Counted from the stretch's first letter, positions 18,773-28,514 are shown. The stretch: 57,232 nucleotides of DNA from Candidatus Omnitrophota bacterium (GCA_016928875.1 JAFGJY010000012.1:1-57232); one strand, 5' to 3'. Notes: generated by a model from the letters alone, not told the origin. A program made the numbers and translations.

Positions 18773-21454
18773 TTACAATTCAGCAATGGCTGTTTTTAAG
18801 TTCTCGATCTTGATGATGAGGTCCCGCTGCTTGCCTTCTTCTTTTTCTATGATCTCCCGCGGCGCACGTTCGACAAAGCTCTTGTTCGACAGTTTCTTTT
18901 TGGCAGCCTCTAAAAACCCCTCCATCTTATCAAGCTCTTTGGCAAGCTTCTCTTTTTCCTTATCAACATCGATGAATTCACCGACATCAACGTAAACTTC
19001 GAAATCATGCAGCGTTGACGGGACATTAAGCAACAGCCATCCCTTTTCTTTCTTAAATCCCAGTCGATCTTCGAATACCCCGACATGTGCCAGCTTCTTA
19101 ACATACGACCCAAAGAGCTCTGTCAACATACGTGCTTGCGTAACACATCCAGCATCGAGAGGTTTTATAACAACATGTAATGCTTCTTTTGAAGGAATAT
19201 TAAAGCGGGCTCTTTTATCCCTCACTTCAGTTATAATTTCTTTCATCGCAGGAATAAAAGTACTTTCTTGAAAATTAAATTTTATGTCTGGCCAATTCGC
19301 GTTCATAATTGTCTCGGGCATTTCTTCAGTGGAATAGTTCTTTAGCTGTTGCCAGATCTCTTCTGTTATAAACGGCATTATAGGATGCAATAAACGTAAC
19401 ATTGCATCAAGAACAAAGAAAAGAACCTTCTGAGTATCTTTCCTTTGTTCTTCATTTTCATTACCGTACAAAACGGGTTTCTGAAGTTCTAAATACCAAT
19501 CACAAAAATCCCCCCAAATAAACCTTTGTAAAGCATGACACGCGTCATTGAATCGATATTTCAAAAGAGCGTTCTCAACATCTCGGGAAACTTTGCTTAA
19601 TTCCTGCAATATCCATTGGTTAACAAGCGATAATTCATTTGCGGAAATCTTAAGTTTTGCAGAACCTTCTTTGAAGCCTTCTAAATTCATGAACGCGAAA
19701 CGTGCCGCATTCCATATCTTATTAGTAAAATTGCGGCCGCCTTCAAAGCGCTGTTTCGAAAGATAGACATCCTGCCCCTGAGAGACAAGCGAAATAACGA
19801 CGAACCTGAGTGCATCCGCACCGATCTCTTCGATGATCTCAAGCGGATCGATGATATTGCCGAGCGATTTTGACATCTTGCGTCCGGTCTCATCACGCAC
19901 TGTTCCATGTAAATACACATCCTCAAAAGGAATATCTTTCATGCAATAGAGCCCTGCCATAATCATGCGCGCGACCCAAAAGAACAATATTTCAGGCGCA
20001 GTAACAAGGGTTGAGGTCGGATAGAACTTTTTTAGATCTTCCGTTTTTTCCGGCCACCCTAAGGTCGAGAACGGCCATAACCACGAAGAGAACCACGTAT
20101 CAAGCACATCCTGATCCTGCCGAATATTCTTAGACTTGCAATGCTGACATTCTGTAGGGTCATCACGGGTAACGGTAAGCTTTTTACAGTCATCACAATA
20201 CCACACCGGGATCTGATGCCCCCACCAGATCTGCCGCGAGATACACCAATCGCGGATATTGTTCATCCAGTTAAGATAGACTTTTGTCCACCTCTCCGGA
20301 AAGAATTTCACCTTTTCTTTCTCAGCGACCGCGATCGCTTTTTTAGCAAGCGGTTTCATTTTCACGAACCATTGTTTCGAATAATACGGCTCAACGATCG
20401 TATTGCAGCGATAACAATGCCCGACGGCATGAATGTGCTTTTTCTGCTCTATAAAGAGCCCCTGCTTATCAAGGTCTTCGATGATCTTCTTACGTGCCGC
20501 AAAACGGTCCATGCCGCGATACTGCCCGCCGTTCTCATTGATCACACCGCTCTCATCCATAACGCAGATCTCAGGCAAATTGTGGCGGCGGCCCATCTCA
20601 AAATCGTTCGAATCGTGTGCGGGCGTTACTTTGACAATACCGGTACCGAATTCCTTTGAAACGTATTCGTCTTCAATAACGGGGATTTCTCTCTGCATGA
20701 GTGGCAGGATGACCGTCTTGCCCTGAATATGGGCATAACGCTGATCGCTCGGATTGATCGCGACACCGGTATCCCCCAGCATCGTCTCGGGCCGTGTCGT
20801 CGCGACCACAACAAACTCTTTGGAACCTTTGATCGGATAGCGTATGTAATACAGCGCGCCTTCAAGCTCTTGATGTTCGGCTTCTTCATCGCTTAAGGCC
20901 GTGTGGCAACGGGGACACCAATTGATGATGTAATTGCCCTGATAAATAAGTCCGTCCTCATAGAGCTTCACGAACACTTCGCGCACTGCACGGGAAAGGC
21001 CTTCATCCATCGTAAAGCGCTCGCGTGACCAGTCGCATGATGAGCCGAGTTTGCGTAATTGCCGAACGATGGTAGAACCGTATTCTTCCCTCCACTGCCA
21101 TACTTCCTTAACGAACGCCTCACGGCCAAGTTGATGACGGTCACGTTTTTGTTGGGCAAGTTTCTTCTCGACCACGTTCTGGGTCGCGATACCGGCATGA
21201 TCAGTCCCGGGAACCCATAGCGTCTCGATCCCCTTCATGCGCTGCCAACGAATAAGAATATCCTGAATAGCATTATTAAGCGCGTGGCCCATATGCAAGA
21301 TACCGGTCACATTCGGAGGAGGGATAACAATAACGTAGGGCTTACCTTTCTTACCACGCTTAAGCGGCTTGAAATAGCCCTTCTTCTCCCATAAAGGATA
21401 CCAACGTTCCTCAACGTCTTTGGCTGAATATGTTTTCGATAATTCGTTCGGCAT
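18773..21454 (-). CDS. valS: Valine--tRNA ligase
   Basis: PPPNVTGILHMGHALN (HIGH) and KMSKSLGN (KMSKS), with a C-terminal coiled coil. ATG at 21454; the track uses the TTG at 21460. Confidence 0.97.
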   Translation of the reverse strand: MPNELSKTYSAKDVEERWYPLWEKKGYFKPLKRGKKGKPYVIVIPPPNVTGILHMGHALNNAIQDILIRWQRMKGIETLWVPGTDHAGIATQNVVEKKLAQQKRDRHQLGREAFVKEVWQWREEYGSTIVRQLRKLGSSCDWSRERFTMDEGLSRAVREVFVKLYEDGLIYQGNYIINWCPRCHTALSDEEAEHQELEGALYYIRYPIKGSKEFVVVATTRPETMLGDTGVAINPSDQRYAHIQGKTVILPLMQREIPVIEDEYVSKEFGTGIVKVTPAHDSNDFEMGRRHNLPEICVMDESGVINENGGQYRGMDRFAARKKIIEDLDKQGLFIEQKKHIHAVGHCYRCNTIVEPYYSKQWFVKMKPLAKKAIAVAEKEKVKFFPERWTKVYLNWMNNIRDWCISRQIWWGHQIPVWYCDDCKKLTVTRDDPTECQHCKSKNIRQDQDVLDTWFSSWLWPFSTLGWPEKTEDLKKFYPTSTLVTAPEILFFWVARMIMAGLYCMKDIPFEDVYLHGTVRDETGRKMSKSLGNIIDPLEIIEEIGADALRFVVISLVSQGQDVYLSKQRFEGGRNFTNKIWNAARFAFMNLEGFKEGSAKLKISANELSLVNQWILQELSKVSRDVENALLKYRFNDACHALQRFIWGDFCDWYLELQKPVLYGNENEEQRKDTQKVLFFVLDAMLRLLHPIMPFITEEIWQQLKNYSTEEMPETIMNANWPDIKFNFQESTFIPAMKEIITEVRDKRARFNIPSKEALHVVIKPLDAGCVTQARMLTELFGSYVKKLAHVGVFEDRLGFKKEKGWLLLNVPSTLHDFEVYVDVGEFIDVDKEKEKLAKELDKMEGFLEAAKKKLSNKSFVERAPREIIEKEEGKQRDLIIKIENLKTAIAEL

Positions 21455-21489
21455 GATCAAAAATCCGTATAAAACAATTTAAATAGGAC

Positions 21490-21517
21490 GTAGGGGCGTA
21501 TCGCAATACGCCCCTAC
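21490..21517. repeat. 28-nt palindrome GTAGGGGCGTAT-CGCA-ATACGCCCCTAC
   Basis: 12-bp perfect stem with a 4-nt loop, in the cimA-valS spacer. Confidence 0.9.
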
Positions 21518-21539
21518 TTTCCCATAAGTTCAAATATTC

Positions 21540-23099
21540 TTACCCCTTCATCAACCTGTATTCTATCGCATCCACGATCGCCTGCCAGCTGGCTTCAATG
21601 ATATTTTCCGAGACCCCGACCGTGGTCCAGGCGTATTTCTCGTCCTGGAATTGAACGAACACACGTACTTTCGCGGCAGTCCCTTCCTTGCCGTTGATGA
21701 CACGGACGCTATAATCGATCAAGTGGATCTGTTCGAGGATCGGATAGAATTTGGTCAAGGCCTTCCTCAGCGCTCCGTCCAGTGCATTGACCGGGCCGTC
21801 ACCATCCGCAGCAGTATGCTCTTCAACACCATTGACCTTAAGCGTGATCGTTGCCTCTGATACCATCTTATTATCTTCGCGTTTTTCATCGATCACGCGG
21901 AAACTTACCAGATCAAAAAAGCTTTTGTGTTTGCCCATGACCTTCTTCATGAGCAGTTCAAGCGACGCTTCAGCTGCTTCGAACTGATAGCCTTCATTTT
22001 CAAGATCCTGTATCTTCATCAGGATCTGCCGTGTTTCAGGTGTATTTTTATCGAGGTCGAACTCGAGTTCTTTGGCTTTGATCAATATGTTCGTTGCTCC
22101 GCTTAGCTCTGAGACAAGGAAGCGGCGATGGTTCCCGACAAGCGCAGGATCCAATATTTCATAGGTTGTTTTATTTTTGAGCATCGCATTCACGTGCACG
22201 CCTCCTTTGTGAGCAAATGCTGAGACACCCACGAAAGGTTGTGAATTTTGGAGCGGCAGATTACACACCTCGGCTACAAAACGGCTTAATTTCTGCAAAT
22301 TTTTAAGTTTGCTTTTTGGTACGGTCTGCTTCTTATACTTAAATGTTAATATCGGTATGATCGAAACAAGGTTCGCATTCCCACAGCGCTCGCCAAAACC
22401 GTTGATCGTCCCCTGCACTTGCGTACACCCTTGGTCGACTGCGATCACGGAATTTGCGACTGCCATCCCCATGTCATTGTGGCAATGTATGCCCAATTGC
22501 ACCGGCACCTCTTTTTTGACCGTTTCCATAATGGTCCATATATCATTTGGCGTGCTGCCGCCGTTGGTATCACACAGAACGACCGCGTCAGCACCGCCTC
22601 GTACGGCTTCACTGAGCGCCTTGAGCGCATATTCCGGATTTGCTTTATACCCGTCAAAGAAATGCTCCGCATCGAAGAAGACTTCCATTTTTTTGCTTTT
22701 CAAGTAATCGACCGATTCATATATCATGGTGAGGTTCTCTTTGAGCGAAACCTTGAACACCTCAGTAACATGCAGGTCCCAGCTTTTGCCGAATATAGTC
22801 GCGGTCTTGACCTTGGCATCGACAATGGCTTTTATGTTCGCGTCATCTTCGACTTTTATGTTTGCCCGTTTGGTCGAACCGAATGCCGCGACCGTCGCGT
22901 GATTCAGCTCTTCTTTGCGTATCGCTTCAAAAAAAGCCATGTCCTTCGGGTTAGACCCCGGCCATCCGCCTTCGATATAATGGATGCCGAACGCATCAAG
23001 TTGCTTGGCTATACGCACCTTTTCATGCGCGGAGAGAGAAACTCCCTCCGCTTGCGTACCATCGCGTAACGTTGTATCGTATAAGATCACTTTTTTCAT
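21540..23099 (-). CDS. cimA: (R)-citramalate synthase (LeuA-family)
   Basis: YDTTLRDGTQAEGVSLS, IHYIEGGWPGSNPKD and HCHNDMGMAVANS. 519 aa with a LeuA-dimer-type C-terminus; resembles the Geobacter-type CimA as I remember it. Confidence 0.8.
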   Translation of the reverse strand: MKKVILYDTTLRDGTQAEGVSLSAHEKVRIAKQLDAFGIHYIEGGWPGSNPKDMAFFEAIRKEELNHATVAAFGSTKRANIKVEDDANIKAIVDAKVKTATIFGKSWDLHVTEVFKVSLKENLTMIYESVDYLKSKKMEVFFDAEHFFDGYKANPEYALKALSEAVRGGADAVVLCDTNGGSTPNDIWTIMETVKKEVPVQLGIHCHNDMGMAVANSVIAVDQGCTQVQGTINGFGERCGNANLVSIIPILTFKYKKQTVPKSKLKNLQKLSRFVAEVCNLPLQNSQPFVGVSAFAHKGGVHVNAMLKNKTTYEILDPALVGNHRRFLVSELSGATNILIKAKELEFDLDKNTPETRQILMKIQDLENEGYQFEAAEASLELLMKKVMGKHKSFFDLVSFRVIDEKREDNKMVSEATITLKVNGVEEHTAADGDGPVNALDGALRKALTKFYPILEQIHLIDYSVRVINGKEGTAAKVRVFVQFQDEKYAWTTVGVSENIIEASWQAIVDAIEYRLMKG

Positions 23100-23123
23100 G
23101 ACGATTACCTCATCGTATAGACT

Positions 23124-23249
23124 CTCAATTATTCTAATTACTAATCGCTCTAATTTCTAAAAAAACCTAATACCATACAACCCTATCATTCACACGAAAT
23201 AGTCCAACGTATTTAGAGCAATTAGAAATAAGGTTAATTAGAAATTGAG
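23124..23249. repeat. AT-rich imperfect inverted repeat built from TCTAATT / AATTAGA heptamers
   Basis: Left arm has CTCAATT (23124), TCTAATT (23133, 23149) and GCTCTAA (23147). Right arm has TTAGAGC (23213), AATTAGA (23220, 23236) and AATTGAG (23243). Confidence 0.6.
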
Positions 23250-23255
23250 TTCTCT

Positions 23256-24500
23256 CTATTTTTTCTTCTTTTTTGCTTTTGAGCTTTTGCCGCCCAGACC
23301 GAACGCCCTATGCAACACCTGCATCGCTTTGGTCGCTTTATCCTTCTTGATCACACATGAGATCTTGATCTCCGATGTCGCGATCATATCAATATTGATC
23401 TTTTGCTTGGCCAATGCGCCGAACATGGTCGCTGCTACACCCGGATGGGACCGCATGCCCACGCCGACGACGCTGACCTTGGCAATATTTTCATCGATCG
23501 TCACACCTTTGGCTTTTACATCTTTGACGATCTTTTTGATCAATGACTGCGTCCGTTTGAATTCATCCTGATACACAGTAAAAGAAATGTCGGTCCTGTT
23601 CGTCTTAGTTTTATTCTGAATGATCACATCGACATTTATATTCTTCTCCGCCAGGTCCTTGAACAGCTTTGCCGCGATACCGGGCTTATCCGGCACCCCG
23701 AATAAGGTAACCTTCACTTCATTTTTTGCAACTGCCACACCGCTTACAACAACTTCTTCCATATCTTTTGCCTCCTTACAAATTATCGTACCCGGGTTCT
23801 TGTTCAGGCTACTTCTTACAACAATAGGAATACCATATTTTTTTGCGACTTCGATCGAGCGGCCCTGCATAACTTGCGCGCCGAGTGAAGCAAGTTCCAA
23901 CATTTCATCATAACTTATTTTTTGGATCTTACGCGCTTCCTTAACGATCCGCGGATCTGTTGTATACACACCGTCAACGTCGGTATATATCTCACACGCC
24001 GCCGCCTTAAGCGTGCACGCGATCGCAACTGCGGTAAGGTCTGACCCGCCACGGCCAAGTGTAGTGATCTCTTGATCCTCGGTCTTGCCTTGGAAACCAG
24101 CAACGATAACAATGTTATCCTGGCGCAACGCTTCTATGAACCTTTTCGTACTGATGCTTTTTATCCGAGCGCGTGTGTGCGCTGAATCGGTAACGATCCC
24201 AACTTGCGCCCCGGTAAATGACATAGCCTTATACCCCAGCTCATGTATTGCCATAGCAAGTAAGGCTACCGAGACCTGTTCTCCGGTTGAAAGCAACATG
24301 TCCATCTCCCGATCAGGAGGACTACTCGTGATCTCTTTGGATAATGTAATGAGATCATCGGTCGTATCTCCCAAGGCCGAGACAACCACGACGACATGAT
24401 ACCCTTTGCGCTTGGTCTCCACGACCCTGCGTGCAACGTTCTTTATACGATCAGTATTCTTTACCGAACTGCCCCCGAATTTTTTAACTATGATCTTCAT
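23256..24500 (-). CDS. lysC: Aspartate kinase (with a poly-Lys C-terminal tail)
   Basis: IVKKFGGSSVKNTDRIKNVARRV and two ACT-like regions. ATG at 24500 lies behind a GGGAGCGGAAG SD. Ends ...GGKSSKAKKKKK. Confidence 0.93.
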   Translation of the reverse strand: MKIIVKKFGGSSVKNTDRIKNVARRVVETKRKGYHVVVVVSALGDTTDDLITLSKEITSSPPDREMDMLLSTGEQVSVALLAMAIHELGYKAMSFTGAQVGIVTDSAHTRARIKSISTKRFIEALRQDNIVIVAGFQGKTEDQEITTLGRGGSDLTAVAIACTLKAAACEIYTDVDGVYTTDPRIVKEARKIQKISYDEMLELASLGAQVMQGRSIEVAKKYGIPIVVRSSLNKNPGTIICKEAKDMEEVVVSGVAVAKNEVKVTLFGVPDKPGIAAKLFKDLAEKNINVDVIIQNKTKTNRTDISFTVYQDEFKRTQSLIKKIVKDVKAKGVTIDENIAKVSVVGVGMRSHPGVAATMFGALAKQKINIDMIATSEIKISCVIKKDKATKAMQVLHRAFGLGGKSSKAKKKKK

Positions 24501-24559
24501 ATGTTCTTCCGCTCCCACATCACTTTTGTATTAGAGTTCTCTTAGCTTTCATTACGAAA

Positions 24560-24679
24560 GTAGCCGCGGGTTTTAGCCCGCGCAACAAACTCTCTCACTG
24601 ATGCAGTGTGAGAAGAATTCTTTTTCACACTGCATCAGTGGAATTGTTAAATACGACACAGGCTAAAGCCTGCGGCTAC
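24560..24679. repeat. Nested inverted-repeat element
   Basis: GTAGCCGCGGGTTTTAGCCCGCGC (24560-24583) and its near reverse complement GGCTAAAGCCTGCGGCTAC (24661-24679) flank a 16-bp-stem palindrome: CACTGATGCAGTGTGA (24596-24611) / TCACACTGCATCAGTG (24625-24640), centred on GAATTC. Confidence 0.85.
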
Positions 24680-24705
24680 CAACAAAACGTTAAAAAACGT
24701 TTGAA

Positions 24706-25905
24706 TCACTCTTTTCCTATCAACACATCCACGAGCTTGTGCCCTTCCTCAACCTTGAACGATGAAAGCTCTGCAACACTTTCACTATATGTAAGTATCT
24801 CATCTGCGATCACGTTCTTACCGTATAAAATGAACGGCACTGGGTCCATTGTGTGAGTACGCACGCTGATCGGTGTAGCATGATCAGGCACGACCAGAAC
24901 ACGCGTATCAGGATTCTTTTCGCAATACTTTCTGACTTGTCCGGCAATATGGTAATCAAAATTCTCGATCGCCTGGATCTTCGCCTTGATTTTCCCTTCA
25001 TGCCCCGCCTCATCCGGCGCTTCAACATGTACGAACACGAAATCTTTTTTATCAAGTGACTCGACCGCATAGCGCCCTTTGGCATCATAATCCGTATCGA
25101 AATATCCTGTCGCTCCGGGCACATCGATCACATCCAAACCAATGACCTTACCGATCCCCTTGATCAGATCGACTGCAGATATGATCGAACCCTGGACACC
25201 GTTCTTCTCGGCGAAACTCTGCAAATCAGGCGTAATACCTTGCCCCCATAGCCAGATCATATTCGCCGGATTCTCTTTAAGATCAAGCCGAATGATATTT
25301 ACTTCGTGATTCTGCATGATCGTCTTGGCCTTGAGCATAATCTCCCTGATCACGTCAGCTCCTTCACCGCTCGGGAAATACGACTGCACCGGTTTACCGA
25401 GAATATCGTGCGGCGGCACACATTTCGCACTGAGCTCTTCTAATCCTCTTTTGGTCTTAATAACACAAATGTGGCGATAACTCACTCCGGGATAAAAGCG
25501 CACATTATCGCTGCCGATCTTTTCATTGAGCAATTCGATCAGCACCGCCGCTTCTTCATTAGAAATATGCCCAGCGCTGTAATCAGCCATCTTCCCGTCA
25601 AATTCCGTGATCAGGTTACACCGGAACGCAACTTCCCCTTCTTTAAGTTCAATGCCCATGTTCGCGGCCTCAAGCGGCGCACGGCCGGTATAGAACTCGC
25701 GCGGATCATACCCGAGCAAAGAAAGGTTCGCTACATCAGACCCCGGCTTGCATCCTTGCGGGATCGTCTGTGCCATACCTACGCGTCCATGTTGCGCGAA
25801 ATAGGTCATATTCGGTATCTTGCTCACTTCAAGCGGGGTTTTTCCATCCAGCTCTTTAAGCGGCCGATCTGCCATTCCGTCAGGTACTAAAATTATATAC
25901 TTCAT
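24706..25905 (-). CDS. Cofactor-independent phosphoglycerate mutase (ApgM)-family protein; predicted non-orthologous homoserine kinase
   Basis: ILVPDGMADRPLKELDGKTPLE and GSDVANLSLLGYDP are ApgM-family signatures. The gene sits between thrC and lysC. Confidence 0.75.
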   Translation of the reverse strand: MKYIILVPDGMADRPLKELDGKTPLEVSKIPNMTYFAQHGRVGMAQTIPQGCKPGSDVANLSLLGYDPREFYTGRAPLEAANMGIELKEGEVAFRCNLITEFDGKMADYSAGHISNEEAAVLIELLNEKIGSDNVRFYPGVSYRHICVIKTKRGLEELSAKCVPPHDILGKPVQSYFPSGEGADVIREIMLKAKTIMQNHEVNIIRLDLKENPANMIWLWGQGITPDLQSFAEKNGVQGSIISAVDLIKGIGKVIGLDVIDVPGATGYFDTDYDAKGRYAVESLDKKDFVFVHVEAPDEAGHEGKIKAKIQAIENFDYHIAGQVRKYCEKNPDTRVLVVPDHATPISVRTHTMDPVPFILYGKNVIADEILTYSESVAELSSFKVEEGHKLVDVLIGKE

Positions 25906-25935
25906 CTTGATATCTCCATTCTTTATTCAAACATT

Positions 25936-27015
25936 TTATCCAACAATGATCTTCTCGATCTTCTTTAAGTCAGCATCAATAACGATGACCTCATCATCAA
26001 AACTAAGTGCAAGATCAGGGTCTTTGAGGCCATGACCGGTAAGCGTACACGTTATCACTTCCCCACCTTTAAAATAGTTTCGCTTTGCAAGTTTGATCAC
26101 TCCCGCAACACTTGCGGCAGAGGCAGGTTCACAAAAGATGCCTTCTTTCTCGGCCAAAAATCTATATGCCGCAACGATCTCATCGTCGGTCACGGCTTCT
26201 ATAAGCCCTCCGGATTCATCACGTGCAGCTTCGGCCTGCTTCCAACTGGCAGGATTACCGATCTTGATCGCAGTTGCAAGCGTTTCCGGATGTTCGATCG
26301 GATGGCCATGCACGATCGGCGCAGCGCCCGCTGCCTGGAATCCGATCATTTTTGGCAGAGAATCGATCTTGCCTGCTTGTTTGTATTCCTTGAACCCTTT
26401 CCAATAGGCAGTAATATTACCGGCATTGCCGACCGGGATCGCATGATAATCCGGTGCGCACCCGAGCAGATCGCAGATCTCAAAGCTCGCGGTCTTCTGT
26501 CCTTCAATGCGATATGGATTAAGCGAATTGACCAATTGGATCGGATGTTTCTCGGTTATCTGTTTTACGATCTCAAGTGCCTGATCGAAATTCCCCTTGA
26601 TCTGGATCACCTTCGCGCCATGACGGAAGGCTTGGCATAGTTTCCCTTTTGCGACATTACCTTCGGGAATGACCACGAAGCATTTAAGTCCCGCGCGTGA
26701 AGCATACGCGGCAGCAGATGCAGAGGTATTCCCTGTCGACGCGCAGATAACGGCTTTTTTACCTTCCTCGACCGCATTGGTAACCGCAAAGGTCATGCCG
26801 CGGTCCTTGAACGAGCCGGTCGGGTTGAGTCCCTCGAACTTAAAATACACCCGCAGGTCACACCCCACCCGTTCCGCCAAATGCTCAGACAAGATGAGCG
26901 GTGTATCCCCTTCATTAAGGGATACAATGCATTCGAGCGTTTTATCGGAGACGCACATAAATTCCTTATAGCGTTCGATTATGCCTATTCTGCGTGAGAG
27001 TATCTTTTTCATCAT
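25936..27015 (-). CDS. thrC: Threonine synthase
   Basis: FKFEGLNPTGSFKDRGMT PLP-lysine motif. Confidence 0.95.
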   Translation of the reverse strand: MMKKILSRRIGIIERYKEFMCVSDKTLECIVSLNEGDTPLILSEHLAERVGCDLRVYFKFEGLNPTGSFKDRGMTFAVTNAVEEGKKAVICASTGNTSASAAAYASRAGLKCFVVIPEGNVAKGKLCQAFRHGAKVIQIKGNFDQALEIVKQITEKHPIQLVNSLNPYRIEGQKTASFEICDLLGCAPDYHAIPVGNAGNITAYWKGFKEYKQAGKIDSLPKMIGFQAAGAAPIVHGHPIEHPETLATAIKIGNPASWKQAEAARDESGGLIEAVTDDEIVAAYRFLAEKEGIFCEPASAASVAGVIKLAKRNYFKGGEVITCTLTGHGLKDPDLALSFDDEVIVIDADLKKIEKIIVG

Positions 27016-27019
27016 CCAC

Positions 27020-28303
27020 CTATTCTTCGATACGTAATACCTGTGTTCTTTTCTTTATACACTTTAAACGATCTATCTGTTTGATCGCAGCGCGTAAATT
27101 CTTTTCGTACGCTTCATGCGTAAGCACGATGAGCGGCACCACCCGACCGGCTTTTCTCTCCCTTTGCATCACATCCGAAATACTGATACCCTGCTTCCCA
27201 AGCAAGCTCGATATCTGCGAAAGCACGCCCGGTTTATCGATCACCGAAAAGCGCAAATAATACCGCGATTCGATATCCACCAGTTTTTTGGCCGATATCG
27301 GCGCGAATGCCGGATACGGCAGTAACGGAGCGTTCGCACAACGAACTTTCGCCAGATCGATGATATCTGAGACCACCGCACTGGCAGTCGGCCGTGAACC
27401 AGCCCCTCGTCCGTAGAGCAACATATCGCCGGTCTCATCGCCATGTAAATAAATGGCATTGAACGAACCATTGACCGAGGCGAGAATGTGATCCTTCGGC
27501 AAAAGGGTCGGCTGCACCCTGATCTCGATCCCGCCTTTCGTTTGCTTTGCGATAGCGAGTAGCTTGATCACATACCCCACTTCATCCGCGAATTCTATGT
27601 CAGCTTCATCAATATGAGTAATGCCTTGGCAATATACTTCTTTAAGCGATACGCTCTTGCCGAATGCGATCTCGCTTAAGATCGTGATCTTATGCGCAGA
27701 ATCTATGCCTTCGATGTCAAAGCTCGGATCAGCCTCGGCATATCCCTTGTGCTGTGCCAGTTTGAGCGCTTGTTTGAAATCCATCTTATCAATGCTCATG
27801 CGGGTCAGGATATAATTAGCTGTTCCGTTTATGATCGATAATATAGATGAAATATCATTGCTCACTAAACTTTCCCTCAGCGACTTGATGACCGGGATAC
27901 CGCCGCCGACGCTGGCCTCGAAATAGATCTGCCGATCTGACCGCTTTGCTGCTGCAAAGACCTCTTTTCCGCATTCGGCCAACAACGCTTTATTCGCGGT
28001 CACCACATCTTTGCCGTTCTTGAACGCATCGAGGATCAGCTTCTTGGCAATACCCTTGCCGCCGATCAGCTCAACGATACAATCGATCTTCGGATCGTTG
28101 ACAACCTGCCTAAGATCGCGTACCGCAATGCTGCGTGACAAATTAAGCGCGCGTCTTTTCTTGGCATCGTTATCACACGCGGCTACAAGGCGAATGCGCA
28201 CACCGGCACGGTGTGCCAGCAAGGACGCTTTCTGCTTTAGTATCTTGTAGACGCCGCTTCCGACCGTACCTAATCCGACTATCGCCACATTAAAAGTCTT
28301 CAT
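27020..28303 (-). CDS. hom: Homoserine dehydrogenase
   Basis: FNVAIVGLGTVGSGVYKIL NAD-binding motif, a catalytic domain and a C-terminal ACT domain. Confidence 0.95.
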   Translation of the reverse strand: MKTFNVAIVGLGTVGSGVYKILKQKASLLAHRAGVRIRLVAACDNDAKKRRALNLSRSIAVRDLRQVVNDPKIDCIVELIGGKGIAKKLILDAFKNGKDVVTANKALLAECGKEVFAAAKRSDRQIYFEASVGGGIPVIKSLRESLVSNDISSILSIINGTANYILTRMSIDKMDFKQALKLAQHKGYAEADPSFDIEGIDSAHKITILSEIAFGKSVSLKEVYCQGITHIDEADIEFADEVGYVIKLLAIAKQTKGGIEIRVQPTLLPKDHILASVNGSFNAIYLHGDETGDMLLYGRGAGSRPTASAVVSDIIDLAKVRCANAPLLPYPAFAPISAKKLVDIESRYYLRFSVIDKPGVLSQISSLLGKQGISISDVMQRERKAGRVVPLIVLTHEAYEKNLRAAIKQIDRLKCIKKRTQVLRIEE

Positions 28304-28378
28304 GTGTTCGTAACTCCATTTAGAGTAATATGTTATTATTTTACATAATATTGTGCAACTATATATATTAAACTATGA

Positions 28379-28407
28379 AATATACTATAAGGCCGGGAAA
28401 ATTGCAA
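28379..28407 (-). promoter_or_regulatory. Candidate sigma70 promoter for hom-thrC-...
   Basis: Minus strand reads TTGCAA - 17 nt - TATATT, about 75 nt upstream of the hom ATG. Confidence 0.35.
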
Positions 28408-28488
28408 GAGGGTTATACACAGCTCAAAATGAGGGGCCATCAAGGCTTGCAACCGTCATACATGATCCAATCGAAACCCGCCCTTCAT

Positions 28489-28514
28489 AAAAAAAGACCA
28501 GAAAATCTCTGGCC
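28489..28514 (-). terminator. Rho-independent terminator after the pilin-cluster genes
   Basis: Minus strand reads GGCCAGA-GATTT-TCTGGTC followed by TTTTTTT. Confidence 0.6.

Noticed and set aside
22419-23069. 216-aa antisense ORF in cimA, and similar long shadows at 26032-26640, 48728-49339, 16780-17373, 20141-20659, 50788-51294 and 7903-8427
   Set aside because: All lie antisense to confidently identified genes and carry no motifs. The high GATC/palindromic content probably helps keep opposite frames open.
24608-24856. 82-aa ORF (…TTQAKACGYQ…)
   Set aside because: It is a translation of the nested repeat element plus the antisense of the ApgM-like gene.
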